From Oribacterium sp. (GTDB taxonomy: Bacteria; Bacillota; Clostridia; Lachnospirales; Lachnospiraceae), in contig JAILDF010000074.1 in NCBI GenBank assembly GCA_024689585.1, positions 6 through 64,005 of the forward strand: 64,000 nucleotides of DNA. The letters run 5' to 3'. How positions within the stretch are numbered: position 1 is the stretch's first letter; each line of letters opens with the position of its first letter. The notes under the pieces were generated by a model that saw only the letters and a list, made by a program, of their open reading frames with translations, was not told where the DNA came from and ran no database searches. Positions 34,525 to 44,195 of this stretch are shown piece by piece. A program made the translations under genes and the position numbers.

Positions 34525-35799
34525 TCATATTGGTGCTGTTAATGCTGCCTGCTGTCCTGCAAGGTGTCCTGTTGAAAAGGCCATCTGCATATTGAACCCC
34601 CCGGTAAACCCATCCACATCCAGAACCTCTCCGGCAAAATACAGGCCTTTGATTTTTTTGGACTCCATGGTGTTGGGGGAGATTTCCTTCACCGAAACGC
34701 CTCCCTGGGTGACGATGGCTTCCTTGAAACTTCCGGTGCCGCTTACGGTATAATCAAAGTTTCTTATCAGGTCAATGATGGTCTTTCTGGTTTCACGGCT
34801 GACCTCACTGACCTTTTTATTTATATCCACACCCTTCTGCTCAAGACGGGCATTGAAAACAGGTATAAGCTGTGAAGGGAACAGATTGGAAAAGGCGTTC
34901 CGAAGCTCCTTGTTTTTGAATTCCTGAAAATCTCTGATAAGCCTTTCGTCAAGCTGTGAGTCATTAAGGGCAGGCTTCAGGTCTATATGTACTGTCAGGA
35001 TCTTTCTTTTTGCAGGGTCATAAGCATTGAGATGCTTTGTAAGAACCGCAGATGCCGAAATGATCACGGGCCCTCTTAACCCTTCCTCCATAAAGTCCAG
35101 ATCTCCGAATTCTTTAAAGTGAGTTTTACCGTTGTCTTCTGAGATACGTACCTCTATGTTTTTTAAGGTGAGGCCTTTTAATCGGAAAATGTCCGGCTCA
35201 TGAACCGTGAGACAGACAAGCGAAGGATAGGTCTCCGTAACTGTCATACCTGCATCCTTTGCAAATCTGTAACCGTCTCCGGTAGAACCTGTTGAAGGAT
35301 ATGCAAGTCCTCCGGTAGCTACTATTACTCTGTCTGCGGGGTATTTTCCATGAGAGGTTTCTATTCCGGCTACCTGATCCTTTTTATAGGTGACAGCCCG
35401 GACTTCGGTTTTGTAATGGATCTCAACACCAAGCTTTTTGATATAATGCTTCAACGCATCCGTGATGCTGTAAGCATGGTCTGATACAGGGAAAACGCGG
35501 TCACCGCGTTCTGTTTTTGTGCGGCATCCGTTTTTCTCCAAAAGATCTATAACATCATAATTCGTGAATGAGTAAAGGGCAGAATACAAAAATCTCGGAT
35601 TTGTGACATAGTTTTTGAAGAATTCTTCAATGTCACATGCGTTGGTTGCATTACCCCGGCCTTTTCCTGTTATAAAAATCTTCTTTCCAAGCTTATCATT
35701 TTTTTCCACCAGATGAACTTCTGCATCGGGGTTTGTTTCCTTGGCTGCTATGGCAGCCATCATACCGGCTGCACCACCGCCTATAACATATATTTTCAC
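34525..35799 (-). CDS. HI0933/BaiN (YhiN/RdsA-like) NAD(P)/FAD-dependent oxidoreductase
   Basis: GGGAAG, GKKIFITGKGR, ATGG..YPSTGSTGDG, VTQGGV, GEVLDVDG.TGGFN. Confidence 0.9.
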   Translation of the reverse strand: MKIYVIGGGAAGMMAAIAAKETNPDAEVHLVEKNDKLGKKIFITGKGRGNATNACDIEEFFKNYVTNPRFLYSALYSFTNYDVIDLLEKNGCRTKTERGDRVFPVSDHAYSITDALKHYIKKLGVEIHYKTEVRAVTYKKDQVAGIETSHGKYPADRVIVATGGLAYPSTGSTGDGYRFAKDAGMTVTETYPSLVCLTVHEPDIFRLKGLTLKNIEVRISEDNGKTHFKEFGDLDFMEEGLRGPVIISASAVLTKHLNAYDPAKRKILTVHIDLKPALNDSQLDERLIRDFQEFKNKELRNAFSNLFPSQLIPVFNARLEQKGVDINKKVSEVSRETRKTIIDLIRNFDYTVSGTGSFKEAIVTQGGVSVKEISPNTMESKKIKGLYFAGEVLDVDGFTGGFNMQMAFSTGHLAGQQAALTAPI

Positions 35800-35823
35800 T
35801 TGATCTCCTGATATTACATGATA

Positions 35824-35853
35824 AAAATAACCCGGGTCTTTTAAGTCCCGGGT
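35824..35853 (-). terminator. Terminator after aspartokinase
   Basis: ACCCGGG/CCCGGGT hairpin followed by TATTTT. Confidence 0.6.
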
Positions 35854-35873
35854 AAAAGAATGATCAGATTCCT

Positions 35874-37196
35874 TTAGTTTTTAGCACTTAAAACAAACAT
35901 ATTATATATTGCTTTAATTGCTTTTTCAAAGTCTTCGTTTCTGACTCCGATGATGATATTGTACTCGCTTGAACCCTGATCGATCATTTTAATATTGATG
36001 TACTCATGGGCAAGCGCTGAGAAGATTCTTCCTGCGACACCGCGGGAGGACTTCATGCCACGACCTACAACGGCAACAAGAGCTATGTCGGATTCAAGCT
36101 CTATCATGTCCGGATTAACGGCACGCTGTATTCCGTTAAGAACCTTCTGTTCACAGGTCTCCAGCTCTTCCTGGTGTATAACCAGAGTCATGGTATCAAT
36201 GCCGGAAGGAATATGCTCAAAAGAAATATGGTTGTCTTCAAGAACTGTCAGGATCTTGCGACCGAAACCGATCTCGGCGTTCATCATGGCTTTTTCAATG
36301 TTGAGGGCACAGAAATTCTTCTTACCGCTTACACCGGTGATGACGAAACGAGGCTTCTTCAAAGTGTCCTGTACAATCATGGTTCCGTGATCATCAGGTT
36401 TGTTGGTATTCTTGATCTGGATAGGGATACCCTCTTTACGTACAGGGAAGATGGCATCTTCGTGAAGAACTCCGGCACCCATGTAGCTTAACTCTCGAAG
36501 CTCTCTGTAAGTTATATAATCAATGACTTCAGGATTCTTTACGATACGTGGATCTGCTACAAGGAAGCCTGATACATCTGTCCAGTTCTCATAAAGATCT
36601 ACATGCTCGGCAGCTGCAATGAGGGAACCCGTAACATCAGAACCTCCTCTTGAGAAAGTTACGATATCACCATTCTCATTTGCACCGTAGAAACCGGGGA
36701 AAACCGCATAATCAACATCGGTCAGTGCATCATTGATAGCTGTTTCGGTTTTTGCAAAATCACAGGTTCTGTCCTTGTTGAATACAAAGCAGGATGCAGA
36801 GTCGATAAAGGTAAAACCAAGATATGCAGCCATAAGCTTTGCATTGAGATATTCACCTCTGGATGCGGCATAGTCTTTGCCTGCACCGTCAAGAAGGTCA
36901 TGAGCGATCTTATCAAAGTCCTCATCCATATTGATATCAAGGCCGAGTCCGTCAATGATCTCCTGATAGCGTTCCTTGATCTTTGAGAGGATCGGATTGA
37001 AATTCTGTTCAGAGGATGCAGCATTGTACAACTGGTACAACATATCTGTTACCTTTGTATCCTTGGAATCACGCTTGCCCGGAGCAGAAACTACGATGTA
37101 ATGTCTGCTTTTGTCTGAAACAATGATATCCTTTACTTTTTTAAACTGTTCTGCAGAGGCACAGGAACTGCCGCCAAACTTTGCTACCTTAATCAT
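35874..37196 (-). CDS. lysC: Aspartate kinase (two ACT domains)
   Basis: VAKFGGSS, VVSAPG, SRGGSD, WTDV.G...DPR. Start ATG 37196. Promoter TTGTTT-17-TATAAT gives a short leader. Confidence 0.92.
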   Translation of the reverse strand: MIKVAKFGGSSCASAEQFKKVKDIIVSDKSRHYIVVSAPGKRDSKDTKVTDMLYQLYNAASSEQNFNPILSKIKERYQEIIDGLGLDINMDEDFDKIAHDLLDGAGKDYAASRGEYLNAKLMAAYLGFTFIDSASCFVFNKDRTCDFAKTETAINDALTDVDYAVFPGFYGANENGDIVTFSRGGSDVTGSLIAAAEHVDLYENWTDVSGFLVADPRIVKNPEVIDYITYRELRELSYMGAGVLHEDAIFPVRKEGIPIQIKNTNKPDDHGTMIVQDTLKKPRFVITGVSGKKNFCALNIEKAMMNAEIGFGRKILTVLEDNHISFEHIPSGIDTMTLVIHQEELETCEQKVLNGIQRAVNPDMIELESDIALVAVVGRGMKSSRGVAGRIFSALAHEYINIKMIDQGSSEYNIIIGVRNEDFEKAIKAIYNMFVLSAKN

Positions 37197-37315
37197 GATT
37201 ACTCCCCTATATTGCAATTGATATACATGAACTGAATTATAGCATCCGAATAAAGGATAAACAACATTTCATTCTAATATAGCAGGTATTACTTAATAGA
37301 GGTATATGTAAAGAA

Positions 37316-37535
37316 GAGCGGTCGGGCATCAATTTGAATGCGTTGAGCTGAGTCGAGAAAAATCAAGACAGACCCCCTTAGAACCACTTGGATTCCTTTT
37401 TCCTTAGCCCCCTCGTCAAGTCAGATGTTGTCATAAAGAGAACTCTGACATTGGCGAGGGCCAAGTGGTTCTTAGGGGGTCTGTCTTGATTTTTCCGACG
37501 AAGCGACTCGCATTCAAATTGATGCCCGACCGCTC
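37316..37535. repeat. 220-bp rod-like palindromic element (MITE/REPIN-like)
   Basis: 27-bp perfect outer IR (37316-37342/37509-37535), 35-bp IR with one mismatch (37357-37391/37461-37495), inner stems CCCTCGTCAA/TTGGCGAGGG and GTCAGA/TCTGAC. Confidence 0.8.
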
Positions 37536-37538
37536 GTA

Positions 37539-38906
37539 TCATTCATTTCTGATAGCCGCAAGAGGACTGAGCTTCATAGCTCTCACAGCCGGAATGTAAC
37601 CCGCTATGGACCCCACGGCAATGGCGAAAACGATGGCGAAGCCTGCCAGCCACAGAGGTATATAGGACAGGGATCCGCTGTTGTTGCCGTATCCGATGAA
37701 CATGGAAACCATGTCATTGCTGCCGGATGAGCTGAAGAAATTGATAATGTAAGAAATGATGTAGCTTACAATGAGCCCCGCGATGCCACCCATGAGACCG
37801 ATTATTCCGGATTCAAAGAGGAACATGTTTTTGATGTCCGACATATCGCATCCGAGCACCTTCATTACACCAATCTCTTTTGTACGTTCATATATGGACA
37901 TCATCATAGTGTTCATGATGCCTATGGCAGCAACCAGAAGGGAAACTCCTCCTATTCCACCAAGCACCATCTGAACCATATTGAGGGACTCCTGGGCAGA
38001 TTCAAGCCATTCCATGTTGGAGCTTACGCTAAAGCCGAGGTTTGAGATCTGAGTCTGTACGTCCTTGACATTGGCCATATCATCCACAAAAACATAGATG
38101 GTATCGTACACGTAATAGGTATAGGGTTTTCCGTTCTTGGTTGTACGGGGATTTGGAACCAGAGCCTTTTTGTATATTTTCTGCAGGAAACGTTTCAGCG
38201 TATTGATGTCTGCATATACATTGTAAGAGTCGTAGGACCAGTCTTCTTTTCCGCCGCGTATGATGCCGCATATGGGAAAAATATATTTTTTGGTTACCTT
38301 GGTTTTGGGGGCTTCCTCTGAACTGTTGCTTTTTTTATCAACGTAGCTGCTCTCGGGAAAAATAAAAAAGATGGTATCTTTATCAGGATTGATCTCGATG
38401 CTCTCGTAGGTAGTCGGCTTATAAAAGGAGTTATAGAGGAGCTGGTTTCCGAGTATAAGGCTGAGCTGTCCCTGATCGGGTTCAGGTATGGTGCCACCAT
38501 CTCTGAGCTTCAGCTGCTCGAGATAATATTGGGAAACACCGCATATGGTAAAACTGCCATCATAACCATTGCATTTGGCAGTGCAATTTATTTCAAGAGA
38601 AGGACTTACGCTCACCACATGGTCAAGAGAAGAAAAGATTTCGACATTTTCATCCGTGAGCTCTGTCTGTTTCTTGTTCCTTGAATTGCTTTCTCTGTTT
38701 TCGTAGCTTTCGCGAACACGGATAAGAGTGAGCGATCCTTCATCCTGATAGGATTTCAGCATCATGTCACTCATTCCGAGACCCAGGCTAACCATGACAA
38801 CTATGGACGCTGTACCGATGACAACGCCGAGAATTGTCAGCAGGGTCCTGGTTTTACGCCTTCTAAGATTACTTATTGCAAGCTTAAATAAATCAGATAG
38901 TCTCAT
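37539..38906 (-). CDS. MacB/FtsX-type ABC transporter permease
   Basis: RTLLTILGVVIG, large extracellular domain, GIMNTMMMSIYERTKEIGVMKVLG, PA.RA.KLSPLAAIR. Confidence 0.92.
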   Translation of the reverse strand: MRLSDLFKLAISNLRRRKTRTLLTILGVVIGTASIVVMVSLGLGMSDMMLKSYQDEGSLTLIRVRESYENRESNSRNKKQTELTDENVEIFSSLDHVVSVSPSLEINCTAKCNGYDGSFTICGVSQYYLEQLKLRDGGTIPEPDQGQLSLILGNQLLYNSFYKPTTYESIEINPDKDTIFFIFPESSYVDKKSNSSEEAPKTKVTKKYIFPICGIIRGGKEDWSYDSYNVYADINTLKRFLQKIYKKALVPNPRTTKNGKPYTYYVYDTIYVFVDDMANVKDVQTQISNLGFSVSSNMEWLESAQESLNMVQMVLGGIGGVSLLVAAIGIMNTMMMSIYERTKEIGVMKVLGCDMSDIKNMFLFESGIIGLMGGIAGLIVSYIISYIINFFSSSGSNDMVSMFIGYGNNSGSLSYIPLWLAGFAIVFAIAVGSIAGYIPAVRAMKLSPLAAIRNE

Positions 38907-40950
38907 CTGTATCCTGTTTCTGTTCCTTTTCCTTCTTCTTTTTTCTTATAAAGAAGACTGTTCCTGCTGCGGCCAGTATGCCGGCAAGTATGGCTCCGGG
39001 AAGCTTAAAGGAGTCTATAGGAGAAGCCTTGACGCCGTCATCCTCCGGGTAAACCCTTTCGAATTCTTCAGGTATATCCTCCGTCACGTAGAGATTGATG
39101 GTCTCCTCCTGTGTCGATTCCTCTCCGTTAATGTCCTCATAGGTGATGGTGACATGGATTGTTCCGTCATCCATAGTGGGTGAGATTCCGGTGACCATGG
39201 CATCAACGGTGCCTGATTCTCCCGGCTTAATGTTACCTACATAAGCACTTGTGCTTTGTATGGAATCGGCGTCAAAAGAAACTGTTACATTATAAAGAAT
39301 AACCTTACCGGTATTGTTTATATTGAACATGACATTGGATTCGCTTCCTACTGTCACACTTTGTGGCATAATGTCATATCCTGTGCAGGACAGACGGGGA
39401 ATCTGCTTTACTTCTATATCCAGTGTCACTTTTTCTTCAGCGTTCTTAAACTCAGGTGAGTCGAATTTTTCGTTGACGGTGATGGCATAGGCTCTCGGGT
39501 TTACACCTGCGCCTGCGATCATGGTCCATGAAACCTCTTTTTTTTCGCCTGCATTCAGAGCATTTATAACTGTGGAGTTGGCGCCGTTTTCCGTTGAGAA
39601 AACATTGGAATTATCTACCTTTTCGGATTCAACGGTAAGGAGAATGTTGCTGGCGTTTATATTTGTGCTGGCATTTTCTATTTCCACAAACAGTTTAAAA
39701 GGCTGACCTGCATAAACCGCTTCCGGTTCGGTATGGTATGAACCTACAACAAGACGTGCTTTTGTACGGTCGTTTGCATTGAACTCTCTTGTGGAGTCCG
39801 GTTCGGTATCATTCATGGAAGGGTTATTGATATTTACAAAGAAAGTATGAGTTTCCTTTGACTGCAGGGTTGCATCAGGTGTGCGCTTGTAGGTTACGGT
39901 ATAAATGATGGGATAATAACCGCTGGCAGCATTTCTTTTTATGTTCAGGACATAAGCCGGGGAAATGATCTCTTCGGGAGTTACGGCCTCGAAGGTCTGG
40001 TCATAGTTGGACTGGCTTATCTCGAAAGGAAATTGTTTTGAAGCGCTTGCCTTTGAATAGGCTGTATTCTGGAATTCTTTGGTTGGGTCCAGAGCATTCT
40101 CCATATGAACCTTGACATCGTAGAGAGTACGGTTTGTCTGGTTTCGGAAATTCACGGTATAAGCCATCTGTGATGGATAGCTTGCGGCAGGAGTGACCTG
40201 GTTTTCACCTACCACAAAAGCAGATTCCTTCTCGGTTGATGCGGGATCCGTTATCTCCCCCTGCTCGAGTACAGAAATATTTATGAACTCGGCTCTGTTG
40301 AGACTTCCGTAGTCTCCTGAAGGATTTTCGGGAACATCATAAAATATAGATACGGGAACCCCGTAGTAACCGGCCTTGATGTCACTTCTTAAGTGTACAT
40401 TAAAGGTAACTTCAACATACTCTCCTTTTTTGAGGGTGCCCAGTCTCTTTTCCTGAGTCATGGTGGAGGAATTAATCTCCAGAGGATAGACGCCTCCGTC
40501 TACAGGATATGTGAGACCGAGGGAAGCATTGTAAGCTCTGGCGGCACCTGCCTGGTAACCTTCGTTGTAAGCTTCTGACTCTTCTGCTTCATTGTCGGGA
40601 TCGTAGGGATTGGTCCTGTTTGCACTTGGTACTATACCGTTTGTGTTTATGAGATTCTGATCCTGTGAAAGACGAACCCTTACATTGTTGATCTGATCGG
40701 ATTTCGGATTGTAGAGGCCGTTTTTACCGTTATAGCCGATTCGGACGGTCAGCTGCATATCCTGTCCTATCACTCCTTCAGGTGTGGGATCAGCATCATG
40801 GATAAAAGTATTGAGATTGGTATCAACATAGGAGGCTCTCGCACTTATGGGTGAAGTGAACGTAAGAGCAGCCAGAACCATGAAGAAGCATATACTGATG
40901 CTCAAAAATTTTTTTATTAAAAGATTTTTCAATAATACAGCTTTTTTCAT
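38893..40950 (-). CDS. COG1361/CARDB-like Ig-repeat surface protein with C-terminal TM
   Basis: Signal peptide, repeated Ig-like beta modules (LGTLKKGEYVEVTFNV; INALNAGEKKEV; VGNIKPGESGTV), TM followed by a Lys-rich stop-transfer. Confidence 0.7.
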   Translation of the reverse strand: MKKAVLLKNLLIKKFLSISICFFMVLAALTFTSPISARASYVDTNLNTFIHDADPTPEGVIGQDMQLTVRIGYNGKNGLYNPKSDQINNVRVRLSQDQNLINTNGIVPSANRTNPYDPDNEAEESEAYNEGYQAGAARAYNASLGLTYPVDGGVYPLEINSSTMTQEKRLGTLKKGEYVEVTFNVHLRSDIKAGYYGVPVSIFYDVPENPSGDYGSLNRAEFINISVLEQGEITDPASTEKESAFVVGENQVTPAASYPSQMAYTVNFRNQTNRTLYDVKVHMENALDPTKEFQNTAYSKASASKQFPFEISQSNYDQTFEAVTPEEIISPAYVLNIKRNAASGYYPIIYTVTYKRTPDATLQSKETHTFFVNINNPSMNDTEPDSTREFNANDRTKARLVVGSYHTEPEAVYAGQPFKLFVEIENASTNINASNILLTVESEKVDNSNVFSTENGANSTVINALNAGEKKEVSWTMIAGAGVNPRAYAITVNEKFDSPEFKNAEEKVTLDIEVKQIPRLSCTGYDIMPQSVTVGSESNVMFNINNTGKVILYNVTVSFDADSIQSTSAYVGNIKPGESGTVDAMVTGISPTMDDGTIHVTITYEDINGEESTQEETINLYVTEDIPEEFERVYPEDDGVKASPIDSFKLPGAILAGILAAAGTVFFIRKKKKEKEQKQDTDETI

Positions 40951-41011
40951 TCTACCTCCGATACTGCCGAAGCAGAATCTATGCCCACGATTTTAATTAT
41001 ATATATATATA

Positions 41012-41773
41012 TCAGTTTTCCGGTGTTACGACACAAAAAGGTTCGGAGCCGGTTTCCCTGAGGATTTCCTGTTCTATGGAACTCTCTTTATTGATGACGG
41101 TTTCGACTATATGACCGTCCACAACTCTTAACTGGCGGTCTGCCCATGATGCAATATGCGGATCATGGGTTACCATGACCAGGGTGCGGTGTTCCTCTTC
41201 TACTATTTTTTTCAGCAGATTCAGGACATCATCGGTTGTATGGGAATCAAGGTTACCGGTTGGTTCGTCTGCAAAAATGATCTTTGGATCTATAACCAGA
41301 GCTCTTGCTATACCTACACGCTGCTGCTGACCGCCGGACATCTGATTAGGCATATGCATTCCCTGATCACCTATGCCTATGAGCTTCATATAGTGTTTTG
41401 CGGCTTTTGTCCGGGTTTCTAAGGGTACGCCGCGAAACATAAGTGGCATGGATACATTTTCAAGGGCATTCATGGATGGGATCAGATTATAGCTTTGAAA
41501 TATAAAGCCTACGTTTTGTCTTCGAAATGCCACCAGCTGTGACTCATTCATCCGGTCGATGCGTTTGCCGGCGATCTGTATGATCCCGCTGCTGGGGGCT
41601 TCCAGTCCTGCCAGCATATTGAGACAGGTGGATTTTCCGGAGCCGGAGGTTCCGACTATGGCAATGAACTCACCCTTATATATATCAAAGGAAACGCCGT
41701 TCAGGGCATAGACTTTGTTGGTTCCAATATTGAAGATTTTATATAAGTCCCTGACCTTGATAAGTGGTTCCAA
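41012..41773 (-). CDS. ABC transporter ATP-binding protein (LolD/MacB type)
   Basis: GTSGSGKS, MSGGQQQR, ADEPTGNLD, VTH. TTG start. Confidence 0.95.
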   Translation of the reverse strand: MEPLIKVRDLYKIFNIGTNKVYALNGVSFDIYKGEFIAIVGTSGSGKSTCLNMLAGLEAPSSGIIQIAGKRIDRMNESQLVAFRRQNVGFIFQSYNLIPSMNALENVSMPLMFRGVPLETRTKAAKHYMKLIGIGDQGMHMPNQMSGGQQQRVGIARALVIDPKIIFADEPTGNLDSHTTDDVLNLLKKIVEEEHRTLVMVTHDPHIASWADRQLRVVDGHIVETVINKESSIEQEILRETGSEPFCVVTPEN

Positions 41774-41793
41774 TAGAATCCTCCCATAAAAAG

Positions 41794-41830
41794 CTGTTTC
41801 CGGATAACTATTCAGGTCATCCGGAAACAG
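41794..41830 (-). terminator. Hairpin/terminator after serS
   Basis: CTGTTTCCGGAT/ATCCGGAAACAG followed by CTTTT on the minus strand. Confidence 0.6.
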
Positions 41831-41849
41831 ACATATGATTTATATTAGG

Positions 41850-43160
41850 CTATTTCTTACCCTCGATGGAGTTCCAGTTCGGTGTAAGAACTTTGGTTCC
41901 GCCCATGTATGGCTGGAGAACCTCAGGGATAGTAACTGAACCGTCTGCCTGAAGGTGATTCTCAAGGAATGCAATAAGCATACGTGGCGGAGCTACGCAG
42001 GTATTGTTAAGAGTATGTGCAAGATGGATCTTTCCGTCCTTGCCCTTGATACGGATCTTAAGTCTTCTTGCCTGGGCATCTCCGAGATTTGAACATGAAC
42101 CAACCTCAAAATACTTCTTCTGACGAGGTGACCATGCTTCTACGTCACAGGACTTTACCTTAAGGTCGGCAAGATCTCCGGAACAGCACTCAAGTGTTCT
42201 TACAGGTATATCCATGGAACGGAAGAAATCTACTGTATTCTTCCATAACTTCGCATACCAGTCCATAGAATCTTCAGGCTCACATACTACGATCATCTCC
42301 TGCTTCTCAAACTGGTGGATACGGTAAACACCACGCTCCTCAAGACCGTGAGAACCCTTCTCCTTACGGAAACAAGGTGAATAAGATGTAAGTGATAAAG
42401 GCAATGTATCTGCTGGAAGGATCTGATCGATGAAACGACCGATCATGGAGTGCTCAGAAGTACCGATGAGGAACAGATCTTCACCCTCAATCTTGTACAT
42501 CATGGCTTCCATTTCAGAGAATGACATAACGCCATCCACAACCTTTGAACGGATCATATATGGAGGGATACAATAAGTAAAGCCTCTGCCGATCATGAAG
42601 TCACGGGCATAGCTGAGTACTGCTGAGTGAAGACGTGCGATATCTCCAAGCAGATAGTAGAATCCGTTTCCTGCAACACGTCCCGCAGCATCCATATCGA
42701 TACCGCCGAAGGATTCCATGATATCTGTGTGATATGGAACCTCGAAATCAGGAACAACAGGCTCGCCGAAACGTTCATTCTCTACATTATGTGTGTCATC
42801 CGGACCGATAGGTACAGACGGATCGATAATGTTAGGTATGATCATCATACGCTTTGTGAGCTCTTCGTTAAGCTTAGGCTGTAACTCTTCGAGCTCCTTA
42901 AGTCTTTCGGCATACTTTGAAACCTCTGCCTTGATCTGCTCAGCCTCATCCTTTTTGCCCTGAGCCATAAGAGCACCGATCTGCTTGGAAACAGAATTTT
43001 TCTTTGCACGAAGGTCATCAGCCTCCTGCTGGCACTTTCTGGCCTCTGCGTCATATTTGATTACTTCGTCAACCAGTGGAAGCTTCTCTTCCTGGAACTT
43101 CTTTTTGATATTCTCTTTTACAAGCTCCGGATTTTCTCTGACAAATTTAATGTCTAACAT
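41850..43160 (-). CDS. serS: Serine--tRNA ligase
   Basis: MLDIKFVR, coiled coil, GTSE, CFRKE, HQFEK.E, EVGSCSN, HTLNNT. Confidence 0.97.
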   Translation of the reverse strand: MLDIKFVRENPELVKENIKKKFQEEKLPLVDEVIKYDAEARKCQQEADDLRAKKNSVSKQIGALMAQGKKDEAEQIKAEVSKYAERLKELEELQPKLNEELTKRMMIIPNIIDPSVPIGPDDTHNVENERFGEPVVPDFEVPYHTDIMESFGGIDMDAAGRVAGNGFYYLLGDIARLHSAVLSYARDFMIGRGFTYCIPPYMIRSKVVDGVMSFSEMEAMMYKIEGEDLFLIGTSEHSMIGRFIDQILPADTLPLSLTSYSPCFRKEKGSHGLEERGVYRIHQFEKQEMIVVCEPEDSMDWYAKLWKNTVDFFRSMDIPVRTLECCSGDLADLKVKSCDVEAWSPRQKKYFEVGSCSNLGDAQARRLKIRIKGKDGKIHLAHTLNNTCVAPPRMLIAFLENHLQADGSVTIPEVLQPYMGGTKVLTPNWNSIEGKK

Positions 43161-43267
43161 AAGATCCTCTCTCCTCCCGGAAATTAACTATAAAATATGC
43201 TTAAAAAGCACCTAATAACTATAGCGTTATTTTTTTGTATTTTCAAGTTATATGAGGCGAATGCTTA

Positions 43268-44143
43268 TCAATCTGAATCCGAAAGATGCCGGAGCAGATC
43301 CTCGAACTGTACACCTTCAATAACGGGTACATTAAGCTCTTCGGAATGTTTGATCGCAAGCCCCACAAAATCTGCCGCGGAACGGCAGGCTTTCCCGTGA
43401 TCTGTACCGTTCAGAAGTTTTGCGCTTATTATGGCACTGAAAAGATCACCTGTGCCCGGTCTTCCGTTACCTGTACGGGGATTACGGATGAATCGGAGAT
43501 CTCCGTCGGTTTCGGAAAGGACATTTAAAAGCTGTTTTTGTCCTGCCTCGTTCTCTTCTTCTATTCCGGTAACTATGACAGCTCCCGGTGTTATATGGTG
43601 AAGGGCAGACATTAAAGAGTTGAAAACCATACCCTTGGCTGCGTCATGTCTGCAGTCTTCCAGGGTTTTCCTTATGCCCTCGTAATCAAAATCGGTTAAG
43701 AGTGCAGCTTCAGTGAGATTCGGTGTCATAAGGTCGGCATACTTTGCAAGGGAAAGCATGGCTTCGATATGTTTTTCTGTCATATTACGGTAAAGGTTTC
43801 CGTTATCAGCCATTACAGGGTCAAGTATGACTTTGACCCCGGGATTTCTTGCTTTCTGGTCCTTTATAAAGTCAGATATCATTGGATGTTCTTCTGTATC
43901 TCCGAGATATCCTATAAGGATCCCGTCGAAGATAAAGCCGTTTTTTCTCCATGCATCAAAGAAATCTCCGAGATGATCTTTAAATCCTACTGTTGCTACT
44001 TCTTTATATGCCGTATGGCTGCTCAGGATGGCTGTGGGTACAGGACAGCAGGTAACCGAAAGGGCCGATACCACAGGTAGCTGTATGGATAGAGAACTAC
44101 GGCCTATGCCGCTCAGGTCATTTATAACTGCAAGTTTTTTCAT
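43268..44143 (-). CDS. pdxK: Pyridoxamine/pyridoxal kinase
   Basis: NDLSGIGRSSL, PTAILSSHT, GYLG, DPVMADNG, TPNLTEA, GTGDLFS. Confidence 0.9.
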   Translation of the reverse strand: MKKLAVINDLSGIGRSSLSIQLPVVSALSVTCCPVPTAILSSHTAYKEVATVGFKDHLGDFFDAWRKNGFIFDGILIGYLGDTEEHPMISDFIKDQKARNPGVKVILDPVMADNGNLYRNMTEKHIEAMLSLAKYADLMTPNLTEAALLTDFDYEGIRKTLEDCRHDAAKGMVFNSLMSALHHITPGAVIVTGIEEENEAGQKQLLNVLSETDGDLRFIRNPRTGNGRPGTGDLFSAIISAKLLNGTDHGKACRSAADFVGLAIKHSEELNVPVIEGVQFEDLLRHLSDSD

Positions 44144-44195
44144 TTTGTGATAAGTCCTTTTTAACTGACCGGATGAACCGGTGACATTGAAAATA

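Noticed and set aside
37197-37315. Lysine riboswitch upstream of aspartokinase
   Set aside because: A TTGTTT-17-TATAAT promoter leaves only about 30 nt of leader, and there is no L-box consensus.
43161-43260. T-box leader for serS
   Set aside because: A TTGAAA-17-TATAGT promoter gives a leader of about 50 nt, with no T-box sequence or terminator.
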